Assembly: GCA_050949315.1 (NCBI GenBank)
Contig: JBMNFL010000001.1
Coordinates: 416,001 to 480,000 of the forward strand
DNA: 64,000 nt
Direction: 5' to 3'
Source: Bacilli bacterium
Lineage (GTDB): Bacteria; Bacillota_I; Bacilli_A; RFN20; UBA1709
Below are positions 38,055 through 48,693 of the stretch, piece after piece (position 1 is the stretch's first letter; every line of letters starts with the position of its first letter). The position numbers and the translations under genes are program-made. The notes under the pieces were generated by a model that ran no database searches, had not been told where the DNA came from, and saw nothing but the letters and a program-made list of their open reading frames with translations.

Positions 38055-39041
38055 CTAGTTTTCTTTTGTAAAAGCGGCGATACGGGTCTGGACATTTTTC
38101 TCTAAATTTCTATAAAAAAACTGATAATCATATAGATGATAAACCCCATCTTGAAAGATGTCTAATACGGGTGGATATTCTGTCGCAGTCACATCTGTTA
38201 CTTTTAAAGCCCCACGCTCACTATCAATATACGCTCCTGTAAGAGCGGGAATTTCCTTTACGATATTCCCATCGTAATCAGTAAAACAAGCGCCTAGATT
38301 AAGTGTTTTATCAGCCTTAGTTCCATCTGTCTTCCAATTAAGTGGATTGATGGCCAAAGTCTTAGTCCCTTGGGGAATTAACAAAGAATCAGTAACACTT
38401 ATAGCTTCACTATTGAAAGAAATTATTGAGCCAGTATCACTTTCACCACTGGCAAATTCAAGGCCAGGATAAGCCTCTAGTTCAGCTTGAGTTACACTCC
38501 AACCTATTGCATAGCTGGCCACAAGTTTGCTTGTAAAACTCGTGTTCTTAGCATAATCTTTCATAAGACGAATACATAAGTCGGCTCCTTGCGAAAAGCC
38601 AGCGAGAACAAAGGGACGCTCATCATTACAATTCTTTAGATAATAGGAAAAGGCATTCTTGATATCAGAATAGGCGAAGCTAAGATACTGCTCTCTTTCC
38701 GCAACTGGTAACTTATACACATTAAGCCCTGCCTGCCGATAATAGGGGGCAAAGAAACGAGCGTTATCATCGTAAATCCCCTTTTCCATATTCGTGGCCC
38801 CAAGAAAGCTTCTCTTGGTTTCTTCATCATCTATAGCCATATTGAACTTATCTTCAGTACCGCCAAAAACCGTAGGACAAACAAAAAAAACATCAGCGGC
38901 TTTTGTAGACTCCTCATTTTCAAAATAAGCCCAATTGTTTTTATTAGCATAGGATATTTTATTGCTCTTCGTACAAGACGCTAGCAATAGAATTAAACAA
39001 AAGGATAAAAGTGTAGATATGAGCTTTATTCCTCGTTTCAT
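38055..39041 (-). CDS. DUF3089 family lipoprotein (alpha/beta hydrolase fold)
   Basis: LASC lipobox, DVFFVCPT, APYYRQ, GFSQG, YHLYDYQFFY. Confidence 0.85.
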   Translation of the reverse strand: MKRGIKLISTLLSFCLILLLASCTKSNKISYANKNNWAYFENEESTKAADVFFVCPTVFGGTEDKFNMAIDDEETKRSFLGATNMEKGIYDDNARFFAPYYRQAGLNVYKLPVAEREQYLSFAYSDIKNAFSYYLKNCNDERPFVLAGFSQGADLCIRLMKDYAKNTSFTSKLVASYAIGWSVTQAELEAYPGLEFASGESDTGSIISFNSEAISVTDSLLIPQGTKTLAINPLNWKTDGTKADKTLNLGACFTDYDGNIVKEIPALTGAYIDSERGALKVTDVTATEYPPVLDIFQDGVYHLYDYQFFYRNLEKNVQTRIAAFTKEN

Positions 39042-39084
39042 AAGCATCCTCCTTTGGCCCTTTGTTTCCCTCAAAAAGGGCCTT

Positions 39085-40272
39085 TTAAAAACTAACTACG
39101 CGATTTCTTCCTGCTTCCTTAGCTTTATACAAGGCTTGATCGGCATTATCAATAAAATGCTGGATATTCCTTTCGCTAGTTGGCAGGCTAGAATACACGC
39201 CTACACTGACCGTACACTTAAATTCACTATTTTCTTTAAACTCTAATTCTTGGACCTTTTGACGTATTCTTTCGCCCGCGGACACGGCCTGTTCGCTACT
39301 AGTCTCATGTAGGAGAATTAAAAACTCCTCGCCACCATAACGACAGTAAAAATCTAAGGGACGGACATTTTCCGCAATAACCTTAGCGACTACTTTTAAT
39401 ACTTCATCACCAAACAAATGGCCATAGTTGTCATTTACCTTTTTAAAAAAATCAATATCAATAAAAAGGAGTGACACAGTTTTCTTATCCATCAAAGCCC
39501 TTTTATAATAGGCTTCCGCCTTACTCATAAAATACCTTCTATTATAGATTTGTGTCAAAGGATCTAAGTTGCTACTAGCCTTAACCATTTCATACGAACG
39601 CTCATACATCACTAGTAAGAAACCTGAGCCATTTACAAACATCAGTAATACTAACACTAAGAAGGTTCCTATTTGAATATAATTAGTAGTAAACAAACTT
39701 ACATCGGCATTAATCAGTGAATATACGGCCCTAAGCAGAAGCAAGACAAGAAAGAACAAACTAATCGAGCCAATAAATCTTTCAAACTTGCTACCCTGTT
39801 TGTTAGTGATATTTAAGATATTGGGAATTACAAAGACAAGAAAAACACCTAAAGATGCCAGCGCAATGCGAATATTTCCTGTACCACTTATAATTTCAAA
39901 AAGCACAAATAAACCAATTGATAAGGCTAAACAAAGCCCTTGTAAGTTAAACCAGAACCCTTTTTCCTTTTTGTTCATTTTTAGAATAATTAATGAATCC
40001 ACATAAAAACCGACAAAAAGTAGAATATTACCAAAGTAAACGGAAAACACATCACTTATATTCCCACGGAAAAACAAAAAGATCCAGGCAACTGCCTGTA
40101 ATATCTTGGCGATACCAAATCTTTTTAATAGATCCTTTTCGTGATTTGATTCATGATAAAAATAATATCTTAAGGTTAAAAAGGCTAAAGCTAAGTTGCC
40201 CCAGATTAAAATGCCAATTATGGTTTTTACATCTAAATTGAACAAGATTTCCAGTAACTCTTTAAAACTCAT
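39085..40272 (-). CDS. Membrane-bound diguanylate cyclase
   Basis: About 7 TM helices; DPLTQIYNRR, DIDFFKKVND.YGH..GD, RYGGEEF, ADQALYKAK..GRN. Confidence 0.92.
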   Translation of the reverse strand: MSFKELLEILFNLDVKTIIGILIWGNLALAFLTLRYYFYHESNHEKDLLKRFGIAKILQAVAWIFLFFRGNISDVFSVYFGNILLFVGFYVDSLIILKMNKKEKGFWFNLQGLCLALSIGLFVLFEIISGTGNIRIALASLGVFLVFVIPNILNITNKQGSKFERFIGSISLFFLVLLLLRAVYSLINADVSLFTTNYIQIGTFLVLVLLMFVNGSGFLLVMYERSYEMVKASSNLDPLTQIYNRRYFMSKAEAYYKRALMDKKTVSLLFIDIDFFKKVNDNYGHLFGDEVLKVVAKVIAENVRPLDFYCRYGGEEFLILLHETSSEQAVSAGERIRQKVQELEFKENSEFKCTVSVGVYSSLPTSERNIQHFIDNADQALYKAKEAGRNRVVSF

Positions 40273-40434
40273 CTTTCTGTTTCCTTTCTTTTATGCTCTA
40301 AAACGTGCCGCTAGTTATTATAACATAGCAAGGCCTTCTAAATAAATATCAAGACATATGTTACACTTTCAAAAATGGGGTCTTTAAAGTGGCGACCCGT
40401 TTTATTTCCACCTTTTATTTTTTTCGCTTTCATT

Positions 40435-41649
40435 TTAAATCAAAGACAAAATATCATCCTTTAACAGAAAATCAATTATATTAGCCTTTTTATAACCGTT
40501 TCCTAAATGAACATAAGGGTCACGATCCATCGTTAAAACAATTTTCTTATAGCCATCAGCTAAATTTTTAAAAGCCCTTAGTTCGCGCTCTTTTAAAGAA
40601 GGATCACTTACTGTGTAACTAACCTGAATATAATAAGTATCTTGATTATTTTTAGCAATAAAGTCAATTTCATTATCATAATTTTTTCCAATATCAACGA
40701 TATAGTCTCTTCTTAATAACTCTAAGTAGATAATATTTTCTAATGCATGCGTTATTTCTAATTGTCTAAAATTAATTTTTGCATTTCTAATACCAATATC
40801 CGCTGCATAATACTTATTTTGCGTCTTTAAATAGTTTTTCCCTTTAACATCATATCTATTTACTTTATAAAATAAATAAGCATTAGTTAAGAACTCTAAA
40901 TAATTACCAACGGTATCACTAGTAATGGTTTTATAGCCCTGGCTTTTTAAGGTGTTAGCTATCTTGTTAGCACTTACATAGGAGCCGATATTTGAACATA
41001 AAAACTCATATACGGCATTAAAAATATGAGGATTTCTAATATTGTATCTTTCTACTATATCCTTTATAACTACGGTTTCATTAATCATCTTTAAATACTC
41101 AATTTTCCCATTACTACTATCTTCATTTATTAAATATGGCAAGCCACCATATAAAAGGTATTCATTAAAATCATCAGTTAAGGCTCTTTGATAATAATTA
41201 TGAAACTCAAAAAAAGATAAGGGGTAGACCTTAATTTCAATACTTCTTCCTCTTAACTTGGTATTGATGTCTTTAGAAAGCAGTTTTGAATTTGAACCAG
41301 TCAAATAAATATCTACCTTTAAATCAACTTTTAAGCCGTTAATAACATCTTCAAAACCAGCAACATGTTGAATTTCATCAATAAAGAGATAGTATTTATC
41401 ATCGTTAATAATTTTTTGATTTACATATTTAGATAATTCGCTTGGATCTCTTAAGAATCTCATTTTATCGGATTCTAGATTAATTTTTATAATATTCGCT
41501 TCATCAATTCCTAATTTAATTAGATAATCATAATACAAATTAAATAATAAGAAGGATTTTCCAACTCTTCTTATACCAGTAATTACTTTAATCAAATCTT
41601 TATCTTTGTAATAGATAAGTTTATTTAAATAATAATCTCTTTTTATCAT
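40435..41649 (-). CDS. AAA_14 ATPase with DUF4143 domain
   Basis: GIRRVGKS, FIDEIQ, TGSNS, YGGLP, EIDF..QV. Confidence 0.9.
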   Translation of the reverse strand: MIKRDYYLNKLIYYKDKDLIKVITGIRRVGKSFLLFNLYYDYLIKLGIDEANIIKINLESDKMRFLRDPSELSKYVNQKIINDDKYYLFIDEIQHVAGFEDVINGLKVDLKVDIYLTGSNSKLLSKDINTKLRGRSIEIKVYPLSFFEFHNYYQRALTDDFNEYLLYGGLPYLINEDSSNGKIEYLKMINETVVIKDIVERYNIRNPHIFNAVYEFLCSNIGSYVSANKIANTLKSQGYKTITSDTVGNYLEFLTNAYLFYKVNRYDVKGKNYLKTQNKYYAADIGIRNAKINFRQLEITHALENIIYLELLRRDYIVDIGKNYDNEIDFIAKNNQDTYYIQVSYTVSDPSLKERELRAFKNLADGYKKIVLTMDRDPYVHLGNGYKKANIIDFLLKDDILSLI

Positions 41650-41672
41650 AATATCGCCCTCTTTAACAAACT

Positions 41673-41713
41673 CTACTCGAAAAACTAAAAAAAATCAAGA
41701 GTTTTCCGAGTAG
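41673..41713. promoter_or_regulatory. 14-bp inverted repeat upstream of the ATPase gene
   Basis: ctactcgaaaaact-N13-agttttccgagtag (one mismatch). Confidence 0.6.
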
Positions 41714-41848
41714 GCTCTAATTTTATTCAATTTATTAGCCTTCTTTTAATTAGCAACAGTCTATCTTCCCTATGCACATTTTGACTATTTAACATTAAAC
41801 TTACTTTCTTTTATGATTAGGTGCTATAATGGTCATGGTGATAGACAC

Positions 41849-43693
41849 ATGGATAAAAAACATTATGATTTTAACCAAGGCTTTGATAACCAAAAACTTA
41901 AAGGACTAAACTATCGTGAACTCAATTCTTTAAGTGCGGACTTACGTGAATATATCATCAAAAAATGTTCCATCAATGGTGGCCATTTAGCCTCTAATTT
42001 AGGGGTTATTGAGCTAACAGTTGCTCTCCACCATTTTTTTAATCTCCCCACTGATAAATTGATCTTTGATGTTGGCCATCAGTGTTATGCCCATAAGGTC
42101 TTATCCGGTCGCAGCTTAGAAAACCTGCGGAAAGAAAACGGCATCAGCGGTTTTCAAAAGAAAGATGAGTCACCTTATGACTGCTATGAAGCCGGCCATT
42201 CCTCAACCTCTATTTCTGCCGCCATGGGCTTTGCCCTAGCTAGGGATTTAAATAAAGAAAAGCATGAAGTTATTGCCGTAATTGGCGATAGTTCTGTCGC
42301 TAATGGATTGGCATTAGAAGCCATCAATAATATCTCGGATTTTAAACATAAAGTCATTATCATCATCAACGATAATAGTCGCTCTATCGGCGCCCCTGTT
42401 GGGCTTTTACATAATGTCTTTGAAAAATTAAGAATGTCTAAGCATTACTTATTTGCTAAGGAAAAATCCCGTCGTTTTGCCGAGAAGTATAAAATTTTTA
42501 AACCCTTTTATAAATTAGGCGTCAAGTGCAAAAACATTCTCAAATATCACTTGCTGCGTAGAAACATTTTTGAAGCTATGGACTTCTACTATATCTCGCG
42601 TGTTGATGGTCATGATATCGCGGCCTTAGAAGGTGCTTTTAAATACGCTAGAAACGCCACTAAAAGTGTGGTAATCCATGTTACCACCACCAAAGGAAAA
42701 GGCTATAAACCAGCCGAAGAAGATGAAGTTGGCTCTTGGCATGGAGTTGGCCCCTTTGATGTGCTAACTGGTCAAGACCTAAAAGAAAAAGATGCCAATC
42801 AATTAAGCTGGAGTCAAGTCTATGCTAACTTCCTAGATGAAGCTCTTGCTAAAGATGAAAAAACCATCCTTTTAACGCCAGCAACGGCTGTTGGCAGTGC
42901 CATTGATAAATTGATTGATAAATACCCCAAACGCTGTTTTGACGTCGGTATTGCCGAAGAACATGCTGTTGTTTTAGCCGCTGGTATTGCTACTAACGAC
43001 TATCATCCCTATATCTCAATATACTCCACCTTTCTCCAACGTAGTTATGATGAACTAAGTCACGACGTTGCTAGGATGAATCTAGGGGTAACACTTCTTA
43101 TTGATCGAACAGGTCTAGTGGGTGAAGATGGTGAAACTCATCAAGGCATCTATGATGCCGCCTACTTAATGAGTATCCCTAATATCGCCATTGCGATGGC
43201 CAAAGACTATAAGGAAGCTCAAGAACTCTTTAATTTCTCCTTAACTTATAATTATCCCTTAGCCATTCGCTATCCCCGTAGTTTAGTAACCGTTAACGAT
43301 ACTAAAGATGATGAAGCTCTTAACTTGGGAGAGTGGCGCCTATTAAAAGAGGATGATGGACCAACAGCCGTCATAAGCTATGGCCCAGTTTTAGAACACC
43401 TAAAGGATCTCAAAGTCGAACTCATCAATGCCATCTTCCAAAGACCCTTAAATATCGAGTTTTTAAAGAGTCTTTTGGATAAGAAAAACATCGTCATTTA
43501 TGATATTTACGGGACAGTTGAGGGTTTTGGTAACAGTGTTCTCAATGCCCTTAATACTTTAAATTATCAAGGGAAAGTTTACATTAAATGTGTACCTACT
43601 ACCTTTATCAGTCAAGGAACTATCCTACAACAATTAAAACGCTACTCTTTAGACCCCGAAAGCTTTAAAAAGTTTATTGAGGATTTAGAATAA
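41849..43693 (+). CDS. dxs: 1-deoxy-D-xylulose-5-phosphate synthase
   Basis: GGHLASNLG, FDVGHQ, AGHSSTSISAA, DVGIAEEH, DGETHQG. Confidence 0.96.
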   Translation: MDKKHYDFNQGFDNQKLKGLNYRELNSLSADLREYIIKKCSINGGHLASNLGVIELTVALHHFFNLPTDKLIFDVGHQCYAHKVLSGRSLENLRKENGISGFQKKDESPYDCYEAGHSSTSISAAMGFALARDLNKEKHEVIAVIGDSSVANGLALEAINNISDFKHKVIIIINDNSRSIGAPVGLLHNVFEKLRMSKHYLFAKEKSRRFAEKYKIFKPFYKLGVKCKNILKYHLLRRNIFEAMDFYYISRVDGHDIAALEGAFKYARNATKSVVIHVTTTKGKGYKPAEEDEVGSWHGVGPFDVLTGQDLKEKDANQLSWSQVYANFLDEALAKDEKTILLTPATAVGSAIDKLIDKYPKRCFDVGIAEEHAVVLAAGIATNDYHPYISIYSTFLQRSYDELSHDVARMNLGVTLLIDRTGLVGEDGETHQGIYDAAYLMSIPNIAIAMAKDYKEAQELFNFSLTYNYPLAIRYPRSLVTVNDTKDDEALNLGEWRLLKEDDGPTAVISYGPVLEHLKDLKVELINAIFQRPLNIEFLKSLLDKKNIVIYDIYGTVEGFGNSVLNALNTLNYQGKVYIKCVPTTFISQGTILQQLKRYSLDPESFKKFIEDLE

Positions 43694-44562
43694 TGGAAGT
43701 TTATCTTATCAAACCCATGGGTTATTGTTATGGGGTTATAAGGGCTATAAAACTCGCCCAGGAAGTTAAAGAAAAGTATCCTCATAAAAATGTCTATGTC
43801 TGGGGTTTACTCGTCCATAATCGCCTAGTTGTGGCTTCTTTAGAAAAGCAAGGTATCCATACCATTGATTTAACTAAAACTGAGCCTCTAGTAAGGCTTA
43901 AAGAATTATCAAAGGAAGATATTGTTATCTTTAGCGCCCACGGACACCTGAAAAAACATGAAGAATACCTAATTAAACAGGGAATCAAATTCTTTGATGC
44001 CACTTGCTTTAAAGTCCAACAGAATATGGATTTAATCCAAAAAGAAGAGGAAGTCATCTACATTGGTAAAAAGGGCCATCCTGAAACCGAAGCGGCTCTA
44101 GCCGTTAATCCAACCGCCAAGTTTTATGACCTTGACCAAGACTTTAACTATCAAGCAATCAAACGAGAAGATCCCTTAGTTGTCAATCAGACTACCCTTT
44201 CTTTTCTTGAACTACAAACTATTCATCAAAAAATTAAAGAGCATTTACCTAAGGCCCGCATCAGCGATGAAATCTGTGATGCCACTAAACTACGCCAGGT
44301 AGAAATCCAAAAACTCGATTCTTCCTATCAAGCGGTTATTATTGTAGGTTCTAAGGAATCATCAAACACCACTAAACTCTATCAACTAGCTAAAAAATGT
44401 CATCCTGAAAAAACGATCTATCAAGTTGAAAATCTTGAAGATTTACTTAACTATCCCCTAAACTTTAAAAAAGTGGCCCTCGGTAGTGGTACCTCCACTC
44501 CACCCAAAGCCATCTTAGAAATCAAAGATTATTTAGAAAGGAGAGCGCAAAATGGCGAATAA
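43693..44562 (+). CDS. ispH: 4-hydroxy-3-methylbut-2-enyl diphosphate reductase
   Basis: GYCYGV.RA, VHN, AHG, DATC, HPE, QTT, ICDAT..RQ, SSNT. Confidence 0.95.
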   Translation: MEVYLIKPMGYCYGVIRAIKLAQEVKEKYPHKNVYVWGLLVHNRLVVASLEKQGIHTIDLTKTEPLVRLKELSKEDIVIFSAHGHLKKHEEYLIKQGIKFFDATCFKVQQNMDLIQKEEEVIYIGKKGHPETEAALAVNPTAKFYDLDQDFNYQAIKREDPLVVNQTTLSFLELQTIHQKIKEHLPKARISDEICDATKLRQVEIQKLDSSYQAVIIVGSKESSNTTKLYQLAKKCHPEKTIYQVENLEDLLNYPLNFKKVALGSGTSTPPKAILEIKDYLERRAQNGE

Positions 44563-45274
44563 ACAAGAAACACTGCAACACGTCGCTCTTATTATGGACG
44601 GTAATGGCCGCTGGGCTAAACAAAGAAATCTTCCCCGCCACTTGGGTCATAAAGAAGGTTGTGAGCGCATTATTGAAACCTTTGAGGTCTGTAAAAAAAG
44701 AAACATTAAGGTCTTAACCCTTTATGCTTTTTCTACGGAAAACTGGAATCGCCCCAAAGCCGAAATTCGCCATTTATTTAACTATCTAGAATCTTTCTTT
44801 AAGAAAAACATCAAGAAATTCGAAAGAGATGGCGTACGCGTTCAAGTGATGGGCGATGTCACTCGCCTCCCTCTTAAAACTCAAAAAACCCTAGAAGAAG
44901 CAATCGCTAGGACTAAGGATTTTGATAATTTTGTTTTCAATATCGCTTTAAACTATGGCTCACAACAGGAATTAGTCAAAGCCACTAAAGAGATTGCTAA
45001 AGAGGTTCAAGATGGAAAACTAGACATCCAAGATATAAATGAAGATACGATTTCTAAGCATCTCTATACCCACAATTTACCACCAGTTGATCTGATGATC
45101 CGCACCAGTGGTGAGTGTCGTCTTTCTAACTATCTACTCTATCAATTAGCCTATTCGGAATTTATCTTTACCGAAACCTACTGGCCCGATTTTAAGGAGA
45201 AAGAATTCGAGGCTTGCCTTGATGAATACTACAAACGTGACCGCCGTTATGGAGGTTTAAGCAAGAAGAAATAA
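44552..45274 (+). CDS. uppS: Undecaprenyl diphosphate synthase
   Basis: IMDGNGRWA, AFSTENW.RP, IRTSGE.RLSN. Confidence 0.96.
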   Translation: MANKQETLQHVALIMDGNGRWAKQRNLPRHLGHKEGCERIIETFEVCKKRNIKVLTLYAFSTENWNRPKAEIRHLFNYLESFFKKNIKKFERDGVRVQVMGDVTRLPLKTQKTLEEAIARTKDFDNFVFNIALNYGSQQELVKATKEIAKEVQDGKLDIQDINEDTISKHLYTHNLPPVDLMIRTSGECRLSNYLLYQLAYSEFIFTETYWPDFKEKEFEACLDEYYKRDRRYGGLSKKK

Positions 45275-45297
45275 AAAAAGTGGCGTTGCCACTTTTT
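45274..45297. terminator. Bidirectional intrinsic terminator
   Basis: aaaaaagtggc-gtt-gccacttttt between convergent uppS and etfA. Confidence 0.8.
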
Positions 45298-45300
45298 AGT

Positions 45301-46299
45301 TTACTGTTTATACTTTTTTATCTCTTCAATCAGGGCTGGTACCACCTGTTTGATATCGCCAACAATACCCACATCCGCCACTTTGAAAATCGGCGCGTAG
45401 CGGTCTTTATTAATGGCGACAATGAAGTCAGATTCTTCCATTCCCGCTAAGTGTTGGATAGCCCCTGACACCCCAAGAGCAATATACAAATTGGGTCTTA
45501 CGGTTTTACCGGTTTGACCGACTTGTCTTGCCTGTTCAATGGTACCACAATCAACGGAAGCTCTCGAACCAGAAATCGTTCCATTGAGTACCTTAGCTAA
45601 TTCCACCGCTAAGGGATAGGTTTCTTGACAGATACCACGACCCACCGAAACCAGAATCTTAGCATCCTCAATCCTATCACTGGACTGAACTTTTCTAATA
45701 ACCTTGACAATCTCTACTAATGATTTTGGACGATCAAGTTGGAAGGTAACATTAGTCACCGTTCCTTTTCTTTGACTATCAGCTTCCAGCTTCTTCATAA
45801 CACCCGGCCGTACCGTTGACATTTGGGGACGGTGATTAGGCGAAATAATGGTCGCCATTAAATTACCACCAAAAGCTGGTCTTGTCATAAACAAGGAGCC
45901 ATCCTCTTCCACCTCTAATTTGGTGCAGTCAGCGGTTAAACCTGTTCTCAACCTTGCGGATAAGCGCGGCGCTAAATCGCGACCAATCGAAGTCGCTCCA
46001 ACCAAAATGATATTAGGCTTGCGCTCTTCAACCACCGAATAAACCGCCTGAACATAGGGTTCAGTTAAATATTCTTGCAAGTCCCTACTATCAATAACAA
46101 TAACCTCATCAGCCCCGTGAGCAATTAAATCTTGAGCGGCATTCTTAATGTTGTAGCCCGCTAAGATCACGTGGAGGCTACTATGGGTCTTGTCGGCAAT
46201 TTCCCGACCTTTGCCTAATAATTGATAAGATACATCTTGCACCTTCCCATCTCGGGTTTCGGCAATGACATAGACATTTTTATATGCACTTAATTCCAT
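45301..46299 (-). CDS. etfA: Electron transfer flavoprotein alpha subunit
   Basis: GLTADCT, RPAFGGN, QVGQTGKTV.P, GVSGAIQHLAGM. Confidence 0.95.
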   Translation of the reverse strand: MELSAYKNVYVIAETRDGKVQDVSYQLLGKGREIADKTHSSLHVILAGYNIKNAAQDLIAHGADEVIVIDSRDLQEYLTEPYVQAVYSVVEERKPNIILVGATSIGRDLAPRLSARLRTGLTADCTKLEVEEDGSLFMTRPAFGGNLMATIISPNHRPQMSTVRPGVMKKLEADSQRKGTVTNVTFQLDRPKSLVEIVKVIRKVQSSDRIEDAKILVSVGRGICQETYPLAVELAKVLNGTISGSRASVDCGTIEQARQVGQTGKTVRPNLYIALGVSGAIQHLAGMEESDFIVAINKDRYAPIFKVADVGIVGDIKQVVPALIEEIKKYKQ

Positions 46300-46311
46300 T
46301 ATTCTACCCTC

Positions 46312-47103
46312 CTATAAAAGATTTTTGTCAATTAGGGCTTCCAAGATTAATTTGGCCCCTTCAGCGGCACTGACATTATCGTAAGTGTGTCCTGCGGCCT
46401 TTAATTGTTTACCAAAGGATTGTTTGACTTGAGTGGGAGAGCCCTTTAAACCTAAAGTTGTCACATCAACATCAATTTTATCAGCACTCCAGATTTCAAC
46501 TTCCATTTCTCTAAAGGCTTTTAAAATGCCAGCAACACTCATATAACGCGGCTCAACTTCTTCACCAAGCACGGTTAAAACAACAGGTGTCTTAACCCTT
46601 AAAACATAACTGCGATCTTCCACTTTTCTAGTAACAAGACAAGTGCCATCCTCTTTATATTCTAAAGATTTCACATAAGAAACTTGTGGTAGATCTAATA
46701 ACTCGGCCGTCTCTGGTCCAACTTGCGCGGTATCGCCATCAATCGCCTGCCGACCCATAATTATAATGTCATAGGGTTCTAATTTTCTTATAGCTCCAGC
46801 TAGCGCACTAGAGGTAGCTAAAGTATCCGCACCGGCAAATTTAAAATCACTTAAAAGAATACCGCGATCGGCCCCCATCGCAAAGGCTTCACGAATGATC
46901 TCTGTCGCCTGCATCGGCCCCATAGAAAGGACAACAACTTCCGCACCATACTTATCCTTAAGCTGTAAAGCGACTTCTAAACCCGCCTTATCATCAGGAT
47001 TCATAATGCTAGGTACGCCTTCACGAATCAAGGTGCCTTTAACTGGATCAATTTTGATTTCCGTTGTATCAGGAACTTGTTTTAAACAACAAATAACACG
47101 CAT
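46312..47103 (-). CDS. etfB: Electron transfer flavoprotein beta subunit
   Basis: KQVPD, NPDD, FAGADTLATS, QAIDGDTAQVGP, GLKGSPT. Confidence 0.95.
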   Translation of the reverse strand: MRVICCLKQVPDTTEIKIDPVKGTLIREGVPSIMNPDDKAGLEVALQLKDKYGAEVVVLSMGPMQATEIIREAFAMGADRGILLSDFKFAGADTLATSSALAGAIRKLEPYDIIIMGRQAIDGDTAQVGPETAELLDLPQVSYVKSLEYKEDGTCLVTRKVEDRSYVLRVKTPVVLTVLGEEVEPRYMSVAGILKAFREMEVEIWSADKIDVDVTTLGLKGSPTQVKQSFGKQLKAAGHTYDNVSAAEGAKLILEALIDKNLL

Positions 47104-47115
47104 TTTCTTGTCCTC

Positions 47116-48252
47116 CTATCGTAAGATGGCCCCAGCGATAACCATTCTTTGAACCTCGCTAGTTCCTTCATAAATTTCTGTAATCTTCGCATCGCGCATC
47201 ATCCTCTCAATTGGATAATCGCGAGTATAACCATAGCCACCGAAGAGCTGTAAGCACTTAGTGGTAACTTCCATCGCCACTTCAGCACCAACTAATTTAG
47301 CCATCGCGGCTTTAAGACTTAAATCTTTAAGTTTCTGCTCTTTAGCTTCCGCGGCTTGTTCGACAAGCAAGGCGGCTGCCTGTGTCTTCGCGTAAAGCGA
47401 AGCTAGAACAAATTGAGTATTTTGGAAAGCGGCAATTGGCCGATTGAACTGTTTTCTTTCCTTGACATATTTGATGGTCTCGTTGATGGCGCCTTCCGCA
47501 ATACCAACGGCTTGAGCGGCAATGCCAACCCGGCCGCCATCTAAGGTCTTCATAGCAATAGAGAACCCTTGACCAACTTTACCAAGTAAGGCCTCTTTTC
47601 CTAAATGCACATTATCAAATATTAATTCACAGGTAGAAGAGCCTCTAATTCCCATCTTGTTTTCGGGTTTACCAACCGTAAAGCCTGGGGTTCCTCTCTC
47701 TAAAATAAAGGCGGTGATGCTCTTAACACCAATATTGCGATCGGTCATGGCAAAAATGATAAAGACATCCGCATAACCGGCATTGGTAATAAAGATTTTA
47801 GAACCATTTAAAATCCAACCATCCTCTACCTCAGTAGCTAATGTTTGCTGACCCGAAGCATCGGTTCCCGCATTAGGCTCAGTTAAGCCGAAGGCTCCTA
47901 CATGTTCCCCACTGCATAACTTAGGTAGATACTTAGCCTTTTGTTCAGGTGTCCCATACTCTAAAATTGGGGTCACACAAAGAGAGAAGTGGGCCGATAA
48001 GATAACCCCTGTGCTCGCACAAGCACTGGAAATCTTTCTTACGGCATGTGCATACATGGGAACACTAGCTCCTGCACCCCCATACTCTTTAGGAACACAG
48101 ATACCCATTAGACCAATCTCACCCATCTTTTTAACGGTATCAACGGGGAAAATCTCTAATTCATCGACTTCAGCGGCCCGAGGTTTGACTTCCGTTTCTA
48201 CAAACTCATCGAGCAATTTCTCATAGAGTTTAAATTCTGCTGTTTTTTCCAT
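47116..48252 (-). CDS. bcd: Butyryl-CoA (short-chain acyl-CoA) dehydrogenase
   Basis: FGLTEPNAGTDAS, NGSKIFITN, KMGIRGS, GGYGY..DYP.ER..RDAKITEIYEGTSE; adjacent to etfBA. Confidence 0.88.
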   Translation of the reverse strand: MEKTAEFKLYEKLLDEFVETEVKPRAAEVDELEIFPVDTVKKMGEIGLMGICVPKEYGGAGASVPMYAHAVRKISSACASTGVILSAHFSLCVTPILEYGTPEQKAKYLPKLCSGEHVGAFGLTEPNAGTDASGQQTLATEVEDGWILNGSKIFITNAGYADVFIIFAMTDRNIGVKSITAFILERGTPGFTVGKPENKMGIRGSSTCELIFDNVHLGKEALLGKVGQGFSIAMKTLDGGRVGIAAQAVGIAEGAINETIKYVKERKQFNRPIAAFQNTQFVLASLYAKTQAAALLVEQAAEAKEQKLKDLSLKAAMAKLVGAEVAMEVTTKCLQLFGGYGYTRDYPIERMMRDAKITEIYEGTSEVQRMVIAGAILR

Positions 48253-48273
48253 AAAACTGTCTCCTTTTCTAAA

Positions 48274-48672
48274 CTATTTGTATAAAACTGTCGCTTCACC
48301 AGTAGTAACCACTTTACCAAGCTGATTAACACATTCGGTTTTTAAAGTATAGATGTGTTTTTCCTCATTGGCAGCAATGATCTCTACCGTGGTAGTGATA
48401 GTATCGCCAAGATAAACAGGCTTTAAGAATTTTAGGCTCTGACCTAAATAAATTGTCCCCTGCCCTGGCAATTGATTGCCTAAAACCGCGGAAATATAAC
48501 CAGCGGAAATAATACCATGGGCAATTCTTCTACCAAACATCGATTTGGCGGCAAACGCCTCATCTAAATGCACGGGATTGCAATCACCAGAGACCTTGGC
48601 AAACATCTCGACATCTTCGGCAGTAACGGTTCTTGCCATACTGTCCTTCATACCAATTTTTAATTCTTTCAT
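48274..48672 (-). CDS. MaoC/PhaJ-like (R)-specific enoyl-CoA hydratase
   Basis: FAKVSGDCNPVHLD (Asp/His dyad), IAHG, LPGQGTIYLGQSLKF..PV..GD. Confidence 0.88.
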   Translation of the reverse strand: MKELKIGMKDSMARTVTAEDVEMFAKVSGDCNPVHLDEAFAAKSMFGRRIAHGIISAGYISAVLGNQLPGQGTIYLGQSLKFLKPVYLGDTITTTVEIIAANEEKHIYTLKTECVNQLGKVVTTGEATVLYK

Positions 48673-48693
48673 AAACTTCCCCTCACTTTTTAT

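Noticed and set aside
40290-40410. c-di-GMP riboswitch upstream of the diguanylate cyclase
   Set aside because: Hairpins are present but no GEMM consensus is recognisable; one overlaps a TGnTATAAT promoter element
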